From Deltaproteobacteria bacterium (GTDB lineage Bacteria; Myxococcota_A; UBA9160; SMWR01), in NCBI GenBank assembly GCA_019310965.1, contig JAFDDG010000004.1, positions 15,264 through 79,263 on the forward strand: a stretch of 64,000 nucleotides of DNA, written 5' to 3'. Shown here one piece after another: positions 17,352 through 27,191 of the stretch. Both the position numbers and the translations under genes were made by a program. The stretch's first letter is position 1. Each line of letters begins with the position of its first letter. Under the pieces are notes generated by a model. It was not told the DNA's origin, did not search any database, and saw nothing but the letters and a program-made list of their open reading frames with translations.

Positions 17352-18269
17352 TCACGCGAACCCACCGTGGACCCGATTCTGCGCCACGGGCGCGGTGCCT
17401 CTTGCGGCACCGAGCCCTGCGATGCCTGGCGCTCCCACTACCGCGGCACGCCGGGGGGCTCCGCGTCGTGCCGGATCTCGTTGCGGCGGAGGCCCGGAAC
17501 AGGCCAGCTCGGGTCGACCACCGGGCACAGAGAGCGCATTCGGATAGCGGATGGCGAGAGCACGCTCCATCAGCGCCTTCAGCCCCGCCGCGCTCGGATG
17601 CCGGCGCAGCGCATCCGACAGCACCGAGATGGCCAGGCCCGCCCGGTCGGACTCGATCAGCATCTGGGCAAGGGCATGCGCCGCGTCGCTGCCCGCCAAC
17701 GGGTGGCCGACGAACTCGGCGACGAGTGTCTCGGCCTCGGGCACGCGTCCCCCGACGTAGAAGCGGGCCGCCTCGCGCAGCTGCGCGTCGGCGTGCAGCT
17801 CGGCCAACCCGGCGTGACCCGGCTCGAGCGCCGCCAGGCGTTCGCAGAGCTCCAGGGCCCGCGCGGAGTCACCCGCCCACAAGTACTGCTTGGCCGCCTG
17901 GTACAGCGCAAAACGCAGGTCCACACCGGCCCGACTGCGATGGTATGCGGGGTGCCGAGCCTCGAGCCGCGCCAAGGCGAACAGAGCCGAGCGGCCGTCG
18001 CCTCGGGCGGAATGGCAGCGCGCGATGCCGTGCAGGGGCTCTGGCGCCTCCGGACGCACTCGAAGCGCGCGTCGGTAGGCATCGGCAGCGTCGGCCGGCT
18101 CGCCCATCTGGAGCGCCAGATGCCCCTTGTGGAGGTGCACCTGGAACTGGGCGTCGACCGCCTCCTGGCTCGAGTGGCGGCAGCCACCCAGCCAGGTGGC
18201 GCACAGCAACAGCACCACCGCGACGTGCGGAGGCGGTGTGCCGACTCGGCGTTCGTGGCAAGCGTGCAC
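17352..18269 (-). CDS. TPR-repeat lipoprotein
   Basis: Helical TPR-like repeats (GEPADAADAYRRALRVRPE..., GDSARALELCERLAALEP...). Signal peptide plus lipobox WLGGC. The start is inferred (GTG 18269 or 18278) because the ATG at 18353 would overlap the divergent gene. Confidence 0.6.
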   Translation of the reverse strand: MHACHERRVGTPPPHVAVVLLLCATWLGGCRHSSQEAVDAQFQVHLHKGHLALQMGEPADAADAYRRALRVRPEAPEPLHGIARCHSARGDGRSALFALARLEARHPAYHRSRAGVDLRFALYQAAKQYLWAGDSARALELCERLAALEPGHAGLAELHADAQLREAARFYVGGRVPEAETLVAEFVGHPLAGSDAAHALAQMLIESDRAGLAISVLSDALRRHPSAAGLKALMERALAIRYPNALSVPGGRPELACSGPPPQRDPARRGAPRRAAVVGAPGIAGLGAARGTAPVAQNRVHGGFA

Positions 18270-18333
18270 ACGGCCCACGGTAGCAATGCGCCAGCCCCCA
18301 ACGCCCACGCGATCCGATACCCTGTCCCCGATC

Positions 18334-18633
18334 ATGCAGGACGATGCACTCACGCCCTTCGAGGTGTTCTGTCACAGCTGCAAGGTGACCTTCGCGCTGG
18401 GCACCAAGCGATGCGTCCACTGTGGTGGCCGGCTCCTGCGACGGGGCGGAGGCGGGCCAGCGATGGGCCTCTCGCATCCCGCCGCGCCGCCCGAAGCGAC
18501 AGACGCGCCCGAGGCAGTGATCGTCGAAGAGCAAGCCAGCGGGCGCCTGCGGCTGCCCTTCTCGCCGATGACCCTGCTGTGGCTCGTGCTGATCGCCGGC
18601 ACGGTCGCTCAACGCGCCTGCGGGGGCGGCTGA
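18334..18633 (+). CDS. Small zinc-ribbon protein with a C-terminal transmembrane helix
   Basis: Internal ATG of the 18127..18633 ORF. CHSCK-x11-CVHCG ribbon, Pro/Ala linker, hydrophobic LLWLVLIAGTV. Confidence 0.4.
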   Translation: MQDDALTPFEVFCHSCKVTFALGTKRCVHCGGRLLRRGGGGPAMGLSHPAAPPEATDAPEAVIVEEQASGRLRLPFSPMTLLWLVLIAGTVAQRACGGG

Positions 18634-18838
18634 AGCCGAAGCTCAGCGGGCGAGCCGATCGACGAGCTCGACCAGCGCGCGCAAGGTCGCCGGGGATCGC
18701 GGTGACGCCGGCAGCGGCCCTCGGCGTCGATCCAGGCGGCGTTCAAACCCGCCTCCAGGGCATCCAGAGCGTCGCAACAGGGGAACAGATTGGATCTTCT
18801 GCTTGGCGACGGCACTCTGTTGTTGACCCACAGCGGCC

Positions 18839-20335
18839 ATGACTATGCTTCTGCCGAGCATGGCCGACGACCCCACTGCCACATTGGTGCTGCTGCGCTT
18901 CTCGGGCGACGTACACATCAAGTCCCGAGCCACGCGCCACCAGTTCGTCCGGCGCCTGATCGGCAATCTGCACGACGCGCTCACGGCCCACGGCGTCGCG
19001 CCGCGGGTGCACACCTCCCACAACCGCATCCTGATCGAGCTGCCGGCCGACACCCCCCACGGCTTTCTGGGCCGCGTCTTCGGCATCCAGTCTCTCTCGC
19101 GAGTCGAGACCCGTTGCGCCAGCGACGCGAATACGATCGTCCGCGCAGGCACCGAACTCTTCCGCGAACGGGTCGCGGGCAAACGCTTCGCGGTGCGGGC
19201 GCGACGCGTCGGCAACCGCAACCGCATCCCGATCGCATCGGGCGCCATCGAACGCGAGCTCGGCGCCGCGCTGCTGCCCTCCGCTGCCAAGGTCGACCTG
19301 GGCTCGCCCGAGGTAACGGTCCACGTCGAGGTCACCGAGCGCGAGGCGTACCTCTTTGCGAACCGCGAACCCGCCGAAGGCGGCCTACCGCTCGGCGTCG
19401 AGGGACGCGCCGTCACCCTGCTCTCCGGCGGATTCGATTCGGCAGTAGCGGCCTGGCAACTGCTGCGCCGCGGCGTCGTGCAGGACTATGTCTTCTGCAA
19501 CCTCGGGGGCATCACGCACGAGGTCGGCGTGCTGCGGGTGGCGCAGGTGCTGGCCGAGCGCTGGCACTATGGCCACCAACCGATTCTCTACGCCATCGAC
19601 TTCGAGGCAGTGACAGCGGAGTTGCGCGCGAAGACGGCCAGGCGTTACTGGCAGGTGCTGCTCAAGCGCCTGATGTTGCGCGCTGCCGAACGCATCGCGC
19701 GTCAGCGCCGCGCCGCGGCGATCATCACCGGCGAGGCAGTGGGTCAGGTCTCGTCGCAGACGCTACAGAACCTGGCCGTCATCTCGCGCGCTACCGATGC
19801 CATGCTGCTGCGGCCGCTGGTGGGCTCCAACAAGGCGGAGATCATCAACACGGCGCAGCGCATCGGCACCTTCGAACTCTCGAAGGTGGTCGGGGAGTAT
19901 TGCGATCTCGTGCCGCACAAGCCGGCAACAGCGGCCAGCTTCGAAGCCATCGACGCCGAAGAAGCGCGCGTGGATCTCGCCATCCTTCACACCGCCGTCG
20001 ACCGCGCGCGCAAGTTCGACCTTCGCAACCTGGAGCGCGCGCAGCTCGAGATTCCCGAACTCGAGATCGAGCAGATCCCGCCCGGCGCTGCGCTCATCGA
20101 CCTGCGCAGCAAGGCCGAGTATGAGAGCTGGCATCACCCAGACGCGCTCTGGCTCGAGTTCCAGCAGGCCGCCGCCACGTACCCGAGCTTCGAGCGCGGC
20201 CGCCGCTACGTGCTGGTGTGTCAGTACGGATTGATGAGCGCACACCTGGCCGAGCGCATGCGCAAGGATGGCTTCGATGCCTTCCACTTCCGCGGCGGCA
20301 CTCGCGCGCTGCGCCGCTCGGTCGAACCCGCCTAG
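18839..20335 (+). CDS. thiI: tRNA 4-thiouridine sulfurtransferase ThiI with a C-terminal rhodanese domain
   Basis: THUMP-like N-terminus, PP-loop LLSGGFDSAVA, C-terminal rhodanese LVCQYGLMSAHL. 498 aa. Confidence 0.85.
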   Translation: MTMLLPSMADDPTATLVLLRFSGDVHIKSRATRHQFVRRLIGNLHDALTAHGVAPRVHTSHNRILIELPADTPHGFLGRVFGIQSLSRVETRCASDANTIVRAGTELFRERVAGKRFAVRARRVGNRNRIPIASGAIERELGAALLPSAAKVDLGSPEVTVHVEVTEREAYLFANREPAEGGLPLGVEGRAVTLLSGGFDSAVAAWQLLRRGVVQDYVFCNLGGITHEVGVLRVAQVLAERWHYGHQPILYAIDFEAVTAELRAKTARRYWQVLLKRLMLRAAERIARQRRAAAIITGEAVGQVSSQTLQNLAVISRATDAMLLRPLVGSNKAEIINTAQRIGTFELSKVVGEYCDLVPHKPATAASFEAIDAEEARVDLAILHTAVDRARKFDLRNLERAQLEIPELEIEQIPPGAALIDLRSKAEYESWHHPDALWLEFQQAAATYPSFERGRRYVLVCQYGLMSAHLAERMRKDGFDAFHFRGGTRALRRSVEPA

Positions 20336-20358
20336 AAGAGGCAGGGCGGCCAGGGCGA

Positions 20359-20374
20359 GCGGGGACGTCCCCGC
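20359..20374 (+). terminator. Perfect 16-nt GC palindrome after thiI
   Basis: GCGGGGAC/GTCCCCGC, 24 nt after the thiI stop. No U-tract. Confidence 0.35.
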
Positions 20375-20466
20375 CTCGGGTGCAGCGCAATCGCTCTCGT
20401 ATCCCGTACCCTTGGTCAACCCGCCCGAGCGCACCATCGGGACGACACGAGAGGGAGAATCCCGAC

Positions 20467-21645
20467 ATGAGTGCAGCCCCCGACCCCTTCGCCCCGACGC
20501 GCCTCGGACCGGTCGAACTCCGGAATCGCATCATCAGGGCCGCCACCTTCGAAGGCATGACGGGCGATCAGACGGTGAGCGACCGGCTGCTTGCCTTCCA
20601 CCGCAGCATGGCGCGCGGCGGCGTCGGCATGACCACCGTCGCATTCTGCGCGGTCTCGCCAGAGGGGGCCGGCACCCCCAACGAGTTGATCCTGAGAGAC
20701 CAGGTGGTACCGGGGCTTCGCAAGCTGGCGGACGCCGTGCACGCCGAGGGCGCCGCCGTCTCAGCCCAGATCGGACACGCCGGCGCAGTGGCGGCCTCTG
20801 CCGGCATCCCCGCCACCGCACCCTCCGCCTTCTTCAGCCCGCTCGCGATGAAGCGCACCCGCGAAGCCACGCCGGCGGACATCCAGCAGATCATCGGCGA
20901 CTTCGCAGCCGGCGCGAAGCGACTCCTCGCGGCCGGCTTCGACGCGGTCGAGGTTCATCTCGGCCACGGCTACCTCGCGAGTGAGTTTCTCTCGCCCAAG
21001 ATCAACCGTCGCAGGGACTCATGGGGCGGCTCGCTCGAGAACCGCGCGCGCTTCTCGCGCGAGATCGCGAAGGCGGTGAGAGAGGCGGTGGGCGACCGCA
21101 TGGCGGTGCTCGGCAAGCTGAACATGGCCGACGGCGTGCCGGGCGGTCTGTGGCTGGACGAGAGCATCGAGGTGGCTCGCATGCTTCAGGCCGACGGCGC
21201 ACTCGACGCACTCGAACTCACCGGCGGAAGCTCACTGCAGAACCCCATGTACCTGTTCCGCGGCGAAGCGCCCGTGCACGAGATGGCGCAGGCGATGCCC
21301 AAGGCAGTGGCACTCGGGCTCAAGCTCTTCGGGCGCTTCTTCTTCAAGGCCTACCCCTTCGAAGAGGGCTACTTCCGCGCCTACGCGCGCCAGTTTCGCT
21401 CCGCCCTCGACATGCCGCTCATCCTGCTCGGCGGCATCAACCGCCGCGACACCATCGAACAGGCGATGGTGGAGGGGTTCGAGTTCGTGGCCATGGGACG
21501 GGCGCTCCTGCGAGACCCGAATCTGGTGAACCAGATGGCGAAGGGCGAAGCCGACGAGTCGCTCTGCGTGCACTGCAACAAGTGCATGGCCACCATCTAC
21601 GCCGGCACCCACTGCGTGCTGGTGGAGGAGAGCCAGCGGGCCTGA
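20467..21645 (+). CDS. NADH:flavin oxidoreductase (Old Yellow Enzyme family)
   Basis: GAGGGAG RBS before ATG 20467. Reads LRNRIIRAATFEGM, QIGHAGA, EVHLGHGYLASEFLSP..NRRRDSWGGSLENRARF. Confidence 0.85.
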   Translation: MSAAPDPFAPTRLGPVELRNRIIRAATFEGMTGDQTVSDRLLAFHRSMARGGVGMTTVAFCAVSPEGAGTPNELILRDQVVPGLRKLADAVHAEGAAVSAQIGHAGAVAASAGIPATAPSAFFSPLAMKRTREATPADIQQIIGDFAAGAKRLLAAGFDAVEVHLGHGYLASEFLSPKINRRRDSWGGSLENRARFSREIAKAVREAVGDRMAVLGKLNMADGVPGGLWLDESIEVARMLQADGALDALELTGGSSLQNPMYLFRGEAPVHEMAQAMPKAVALGLKLFGRFFFKAYPFEEGYFRAYARQFRSALDMPLILLGGINRRDTIEQAMVEGFEFVAMGRALLRDPNLVNQMAKGEADESLCVHCNKCMATIYAGTHCVLVEESQRA

Positions 21646-21666
21646 GCGCGCACGGCGCAGCCAACG

Positions 21667-24600
21667 CTAGCCGGCACGCACGCGGAACAAGATGGCGTAG
21701 AGCACCGGCACGACGACCATCGTGAGCACCGTCGCCACCGCCAGCCCGGCGATGATGGTGATCGCCATGGCGACGAAGAACGCGTCGAAGAGCAGCGGAA
21801 TCATGCCGAGCGCCGTGGTGAGTGCGGCCATGGACACCGGGCGCAAGCGACTCACACCCGAGGTGAGGATCGCTTCGAGCACCGGCAGGCCTTCTCCCTT
21901 CTGGATCTCGATCTCGTCGATCAGCACGATCGCGTTCTTGATCAGCATGCCCGAGAGACTGAGGAAGCCGAGCAGCGCCATGAACCCGAAAGGCTGGCCG
22001 GTCGCCAGCAGGCCCCAGGTCACTCCGATCAGGGCCAGCGGAACCGTCAAGAAAATCGCCGCGGGCTGGCGCAGTGAGTTGAACAGGGCGACCACGATCA
22101 GCACCATGGCACCGAGAAACGTCGGCAGGCTGGCGGCGAGCCCCGCCTGCGAATCTGCGGAGCTCTTCACCTCGCCCCACCACGCCAGCTCGTAGCCCGG
22201 CGGCAGCTCGAGCGCCTCGATCTGTGGCCGCACGCGTTCGAGGAGCCGGCTCGCCGGCCCACTGACGGGATCGGCGTGGATCGTCAACGTGGGCTTGCGG
22301 TTGAGGCGCATGATGATGTCGTCCTCGAAGTCGGTCTCGAAACCCGACACGACCTGCCGCAAGGGGATCATCGCGCCGGCGACGGGGCTCCAGATCTGCA
22401 GGTTGCGAATCTGGTCGACGCGGCTGCGATTCTCCTCGACCGCGCGCACGACGATCGGCAAGAGCTCGTCCGCCTCGCGATAGACACCTACCTGGACACC
22501 GTCGAAGCCGGCACGCAACGTCGTCGACACGTTGCTGCGCGTGAGGCCGGCGCTGTTGGCCGCTTGCTCCGCGATCACCGGGCGCAGCTGCTTGGTGCGC
22601 TGGCGCCAGTCGGTGCGTACGCCCTTGGCGCCGCCATCCGCGTGCAGAATCGCCTGCGCCTGCTCCGAGAGAGCGCGCAGCACGTCGGGCTCCTCACCAC
22701 TGAAGCGCGCCTGGATCTTGCCGCCGTCGCCGGGCCCCATGATGAAGCGGCGCGCATAGACCAGCGCGTCGGGCTGACTCTCGGCCAGATCGCGCTCCAC
22801 CCGCTCCATCAGCTCCGGGATGCGACTGAAGTCGTCGACGTCGATCAGGAACTGGGCGTAGGCACCGTTCAGCTTCTCGGGTGCGTAGGTCAGCAGGAAA
22901 CGCATGGCGCCATTGCCAACCAGGGTGGACACGTGCGTCGTCCCCTCGAGACCGAGCAGGCTGCGCTCGACCTCTGCGGCAATTCGCGATGTCTCGTCGA
23001 TGTGCGTTCCCTGGGGCAGCCAGAAATCCAGCATGAACTGAGGCCGCGTCGAGTCGGGAAAGAAGCTGCGATCGACGCGCCCGAATGCGATCAGCGAGAC
23101 CGCGAAGATGCCAAGGACGGCCGCCACCGTAAGCCAGCGCAAGCGGATACAGGCAGCCACGAAGCCCCGGTAGCCGCGGTAGAAGGGAGTGTCGTACGGG
23201 TCCGACGTCTGGTCGGTGACGGACCCATCCGTCTTCAAGATCAGAGCGCCCAGGACCGGCGTCACCGTCATTGCGGTCACCCAAGAGAGCCCCAGCGAGA
23301 CGGAGACCACCTGGAAGAGCGACCGGCAGAACTCGCCGGTCTTGTCGTCGGAAGTGCCGATCGCGGCGAACGCCATGATCGCCACGGCGGTGGCGCCGAG
23401 CAGCGGCAGCGCCGTCTGCGCCACCACCTGACGCGCCGCGTCTCCGGCATCCTGGCCCTTCTGGATGCGCACGAGCATGCCGTCCACGACGACGATCGCG
23501 TTGTCCACCAGCATGCCCAGCGCGATGATCAACGCACCCAGAGAGATCCGTTCGAGCGCAACCCCCATCGAGCTCAAGAACGGGAAGCTGCCGGCGATGG
23601 TGAGCACCAGCACGAAGCCGATCAGCAGACCGCTGCGCAGGCCCATGAAGAGCAGCAGCACGACGACCACGATGGCCACCGCCTGGATCAGGCTGTTGGT
23701 GAAGCCCGCGATGGACGCGACGACGGCTTCCGACTGCAGCGAAACGATGCCGAATTCGATGCCCAGCTGGATCTGCGGGCGCAGCTCCTGCATCCGCGCC
23801 TCGATGGCCTTGCCCATCTCCACGACGTTGCCGCCCGCCACGGTCGAGATGCCGATCCCGATGGCGCGATTGCCGTCGTAGCGAAGAATCTCGCGTGCCG
23901 GCTCCGCGTAGCCGCGACGAATCTGCGCGATGTCGCGCAGCCGGAGCTGGTTGCCGCTCTCGGCCGTGATGAGCAGCTCGCCCATCGCCTCGACGCTCGC
24001 GAAGAGACCGCTGGGCTCGATAGCGATGTACTCCGGCCCGACCTGCACGCGGCCGGAGTCCGAAACGAGGTTGCGCGCATGCAACTCGCGCCCGATCGCC
24101 TCGTAGCTCACGCCGAGCTGCGCCAGACGCTCGCGCGCGGGCTCGACGTAGACGACCTCCCTGCGGTCGCCCCAGAAATCGATCTTCGCCACGTCCTTCA
24201 CGAGCAACAGCTCGCGGCGCAGCATCTTGGCGAGCTCCCGCAGCTCGGCTTCGCTGTACTCGGGCCCGTAGATCGCGACGAAGACGCCCCAGACATCGCC
24301 GAAGTCGTCCACCACAATCGAGGGCCCGGCGCCCGGCGGCAGCTCGCCCTGGGCGTCGCTCACCTTGCGGCGCAGCTCGTCCCAGACCTGCGGCAAGGTC
24401 GACTTGTCGTATTGGTCCTTGATCCTGACGGTCACCGTCGAGAGACCGCGATCCGACTTCGACTCGACCTCCTTGAGCTGGCCGAGCTGTTGGGCGGCCA
24501 GCTCGATCTTGTCGCTCACCTCCGCCTCGACCTCGGCCGCCGAGGCCCCCGGGTACGGGGTGATGACCAGCGCGTCCTTGATGGTGAACTCGGGATCCTC

Positions 24601-24705
24601 GAGCCGACTCATCCCCTGGAAAGCGCTGAATCCCGCGCCCACCAGCACGAAGGTGAAGACGAGAACCGTGACCCGATTGCGAAGTGACCAGTCGGCGAGG
24701 TTCAT
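21667..24705 (-). CDS. RND efflux transporter permease (AcrB/HAE1-like)
   Basis: 1012 aa with the typical N-terminus NLADWSLRNRVTVLVF, two large periplasmic loops and 12 predicted TM segments. Confidence 0.9.
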   Translation of the reverse strand: MNLADWSLRNRVTVLVFTFVLVGAGFSAFQGMSRLEDPEFTIKDALVITPYPGASAAEVEAEVSDKIELAAQQLGQLKEVESKSDRGLSTVTVRIKDQYDKSTLPQVWDELRRKVSDAQGELPPGAGPSIVVDDFGDVWGVFVAIYGPEYSEAELRELAKMLRRELLLVKDVAKIDFWGDRREVVYVEPARERLAQLGVSYEAIGRELHARNLVSDSGRVQVGPEYIAIEPSGLFASVEAMGELLITAESGNQLRLRDIAQIRRGYAEPAREILRYDGNRAIGIGISTVAGGNVVEMGKAIEARMQELRPQIQLGIEFGIVSLQSEAVVASIAGFTNSLIQAVAIVVVVLLLFMGLRSGLLIGFVLVLTIAGSFPFLSSMGVALERISLGALIIALGMLVDNAIVVVDGMLVRIQKGQDAGDAARQVVAQTALPLLGATAVAIMAFAAIGTSDDKTGEFCRSLFQVVSVSLGLSWVTAMTVTPVLGALILKTDGSVTDQTSDPYDTPFYRGYRGFVAACIRLRWLTVAAVLGIFAVSLIAFGRVDRSFFPDSTRPQFMLDFWLPQGTHIDETSRIAAEVERSLLGLEGTTHVSTLVGNGAMRFLLTYAPEKLNGAYAQFLIDVDDFSRIPELMERVERDLAESQPDALVYARRFIMGPGDGGKIQARFSGEEPDVLRALSEQAQAILHADGGAKGVRTDWRQRTKQLRPVIAEQAANSAGLTRSNVSTTLRAGFDGVQVGVYREADELLPIVVRAVEENRSRVDQIRNLQIWSPVAGAMIPLRQVVSGFETDFEDDIIMRLNRKPTLTIHADPVSGPASRLLERVRPQIEALELPPGYELAWWGEVKSSADSQAGLAASLPTFLGAMVLIVVALFNSLRQPAAIFLTVPLALIGVTWGLLATGQPFGFMALLGFLSLSGMLIKNAIVLIDEIEIQKGEGLPVLEAILTSGVSRLRPVSMAALTTALGMIPLLFDAFFVAMAITIIAGLAVATVLTMVVVPVLYAILFRVRAG

Positions 24706-24714
24706 CGCAGCGCT

Positions 24715-25800
24715 CTATTCGTCGAGCCTGCGAACGACCATGCCCTCGCGGAGATGGTTCACGCCGGACACCGCGATCCACTCGTCGCCCGAGAGCCCGG
24801 AGCGCACGTGGACGGAGTCGCCGGAGAACTCGCCCAGCGCGACCGACGTGCGCGCCACCGCGAGGCTCTGCGGGTCGACGACCCAGACGTACGCCGCCCC
24901 GCTCGCGTCCGCCGCCGTCGCGACAGACGGGACGAGCAGGCCGCCGACGGCCGCATCTTCTCCGCTCAGGTGCACGCTCACCTTGGCGGTCATGCCGGAA
25001 CGGATCACGAGGTCGCCCGGATTCTCGAAGCGGAAGGTCGCGGTGAAGGTGCGGGTCGCGGGATCGGCCGTCGTCGAGAACTCGCTCACCCGCGCGGCGA
25101 AGCGTCGTCCCGGGATCGCGCTCATCTCGACTTCCGGGCGCGAACGACGCGTGCGTTCGGCGAGGCTCCTCGCCGACCGGAAGCGCGCCGCATCCTGCTC
25201 CGGGATGCTCACACTGACGTCGAAGGCCCCGTCGTTCTCGAACACGAGAACCGGCTGCTTCGCCTGAACGGTCTCGAAGTTGTCGACGTCGGTGCGCGCG
25301 ACGATGCCGGCAAAGGGAGCCAGCAGGCGCGTATCCTCGAGCGCCTTGCTGGCCTGCTCGACGCGCGCGTTGGCAACGTCAAAATTGCGCTGCTTCACGT
25401 CCAGCTCCTGGCGCGAAATGACATCGGCCGCGAGAAGTTGCTTCGCCCGGCGGAGCTCCACATCCGCTTCGGCGCGCTTGGCCTCCTGGGCATCGACCTC
25501 CGCCTGGTAGTCGCGTGGGTCGAGACTCGCGAGCAGCGCGCCGGCCGCGACCTCCTGCCCCTCGGTGACGGGCAGCTCCTGGAGCTTGCCCGGCACCTCG
25601 AATGCCAGCCGCGCCGTCTCAGCGGCCGCGACGGTACCCGGAAATTCGAGCACCTCGCCGGCGCCCTCGTCCCCGCCGAGCTCGAGGATCTTGATCGGCC
25701 GCACCACCGGCTCGGGCGGCGGCGCATCCTGGCCACAGGCGACGAGGACGGCGGCGACACAAGCCAACGACACGGCCAGGGCCCGGCAAACTCTCGTCAT
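24715..25800 (-). CDS. RND efflux periplasmic adaptor (membrane fusion protein), lipoprotein
   Basis: GGGAGA RBS, lipobox LVACG, coiled-coil hairpin (AEVDAQEAKRAEADVELRRAKQL). 9 nt upstream of the RND permease. Confidence 0.85.
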   Translation of the reverse strand: MTRVCRALAVSLACVAAVLVACGQDAPPPEPVVRPIKILELGGDEGAGEVLEFPGTVAAAETARLAFEVPGKLQELPVTEGQEVAAGALLASLDPRDYQAEVDAQEAKRAEADVELRRAKQLLAADVISRQELDVKQRNFDVANARVEQASKALEDTRLLAPFAGIVARTDVDNFETVQAKQPVLVFENDGAFDVSVSIPEQDAARFRSARSLAERTRRSRPEVEMSAIPGRRFAARVSEFSTTADPATRTFTATFRFENPGDLVIRSGMTAKVSVHLSGEDAAVGGLLVPSVATAADASGAAYVWVVDPQSLAVARTSVALGEFSGDSVHVRSGLSGDEWIAVSGVNHLREGMVVRRLDE

Positions 25801-25829
25801 CTCATTTCTCCCAGCGACCGAGGTGTACC

Positions 25830-27008
25830 TCAAGGATTCATGCCGCTGATGATGGGCAGCGCGACGAAGAACTTGATCACGGCGGCGTTGGCGATGTCAA
25901 TGAAGAAAGCCCCCACCAGCGGAATCACCAGGAACGCCTTGGGCGACGGCGCGTACTTCGACGTGAGCGCCTCCATGTTGGCGATGCCGACGGGCGTCGC
26001 CCCGAGGCCCAGGCCCACGAAGCCGGAAGCGATCACCGCGGCATCGTAGTCGCGTCCCATCGCGCGGAAGATCACGGCCACCGCGAAGGCGGTCATCACG
26101 AGCACCTGGATGGTCAGAACCAGCAGGATCTTGCCCACTGCGCCGCCCAGCACCCAGAGCTGCATGCCCATCAAGCTCATGCTCAGGAAGAGCGGCAGCG
26201 CCAGCTGGCCCAGGCGGTCGATGGCGGCGGTGCTGAGCGGCCGCCCCGCGAGATCGGCCGTGTTCGTGATCACGATTCCGATGCCCATGGCCGTCAGAAA
26301 GCCGGGCAGGACCACGCCATTGGCGAACAGCAGCTGATTGACCAGGTCTCCCAGCTCCACGCAGACCGCCAGAACGAAGATCGTGCCCAGGGTGTCCTTC
26401 ACCCGCCACGACTCCTGCTGCGCGTTCGTGGCACCATCGGCCGCATCCCCCGGCTCGGCCGTGTCCACCGGCTCGAGTCGGTGCCGCCGCACCAGCCATT
26501 CGCCGACCGGCCCTCCGAGAATGCCGCCCGCGATGAGACCCACGGTGGCAAAGGCGATGCCGGTCTCGCGGGCATAGGTGAGCCCGGCCTCCACGGCGAC
26601 GTCGCCCCACGCGATCGCCGTACCGAAGCCACCGGCGAGCGAAACGCTGCCCCCGAACAGCCCGTAGGCGGGATGCACGCCGAGCGCCTTCGCGAGCAGG
26701 ACGCCGGTGAGATCCTGAATCGCCAGGAATCCCGTCGCAACGGCGACCAGAACGATGAGTGCGCGACCTCCCGCTGCCAGATCCCGAAACTTCGCCGAGA
26801 GGCCGATGGTGCTGAAGAAGATCAGCAGCAGCAGGTCGCGCAAGCGATTGTCGAAGGTGATCTGGATGTCGGCGAATTTGTAGAGAAGCGCGACGATCCC
26901 GCTGCACAGGATGCCGCCCGTGACGGCCGGGGGAATGCTGTAGCGCTCGAGCAGCGAGAACTTCCGGGTGAGTAGCGCGCCGACGAACAGCACCAGGATG
27001 CTGATCAT
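25830..27008 (-). CDS. gltS: Sodium/glutamate symporter GltS
   Basis: From the internal ATG 27008 of the 25830..27836 frame. Reads MISILVLFVGALLTRKF..IPPAVTGGIL...FFSTIGLSAKF, characteristic of GltS. Confidence 0.8.
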   Translation of the reverse strand: MISILVLFVGALLTRKFSLLERYSIPPAVTGGILCSGIVALLYKFADIQITFDNRLRDLLLLIFFSTIGLSAKFRDLAAGGRALIVLVAVATGFLAIQDLTGVLLAKALGVHPAYGLFGGSVSLAGGFGTAIAWGDVAVEAGLTYARETGIAFATVGLIAGGILGGPVGEWLVRRHRLEPVDTAEPGDAADGATNAQQESWRVKDTLGTIFVLAVCVELGDLVNQLLFANGVVLPGFLTAMGIGIVITNTADLAGRPLSTAAIDRLGQLALPLFLSMSLMGMQLWVLGGAVGKILLVLTIQVLVMTAFAVAVIFRAMGRDYDAAVIASGFVGLGLGATPVGIANMEALTSKYAPSPKAFLVIPLVGAFFIDIANAAVIKFFVALPIISGMNP

Positions 27009-27191
27009 TAGTACGTGCGAGCCCTCGACGACGACTGTCACCGCCGCGAGTCTACCCAACATTCCGCGACGCGGGTCCACCCCACGCCGCGGCCCCGTGA
27101 ATCGGGTCACGAGAGTAGGCGACACCTCGTCGGGTGCGAATCCCCGACCCTGCACCGTGATAGACTGCACCTCCGGAGGAGGGCAGACGCG

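Noticed and set aside
18643-18840. 65-codon minus-strand ORF (MAAVGQQQSAVAKQK...ATLRALVELVDRLAR) in the spacer before thiI, with its ATG interleaved with the thiI ATG.
   Set aside because: There is no RBS, the third-position GC is mixed, the middle is Arg/Pro-rich, and its start would collide with the thiI start codon. It is most likely a chance ORF.
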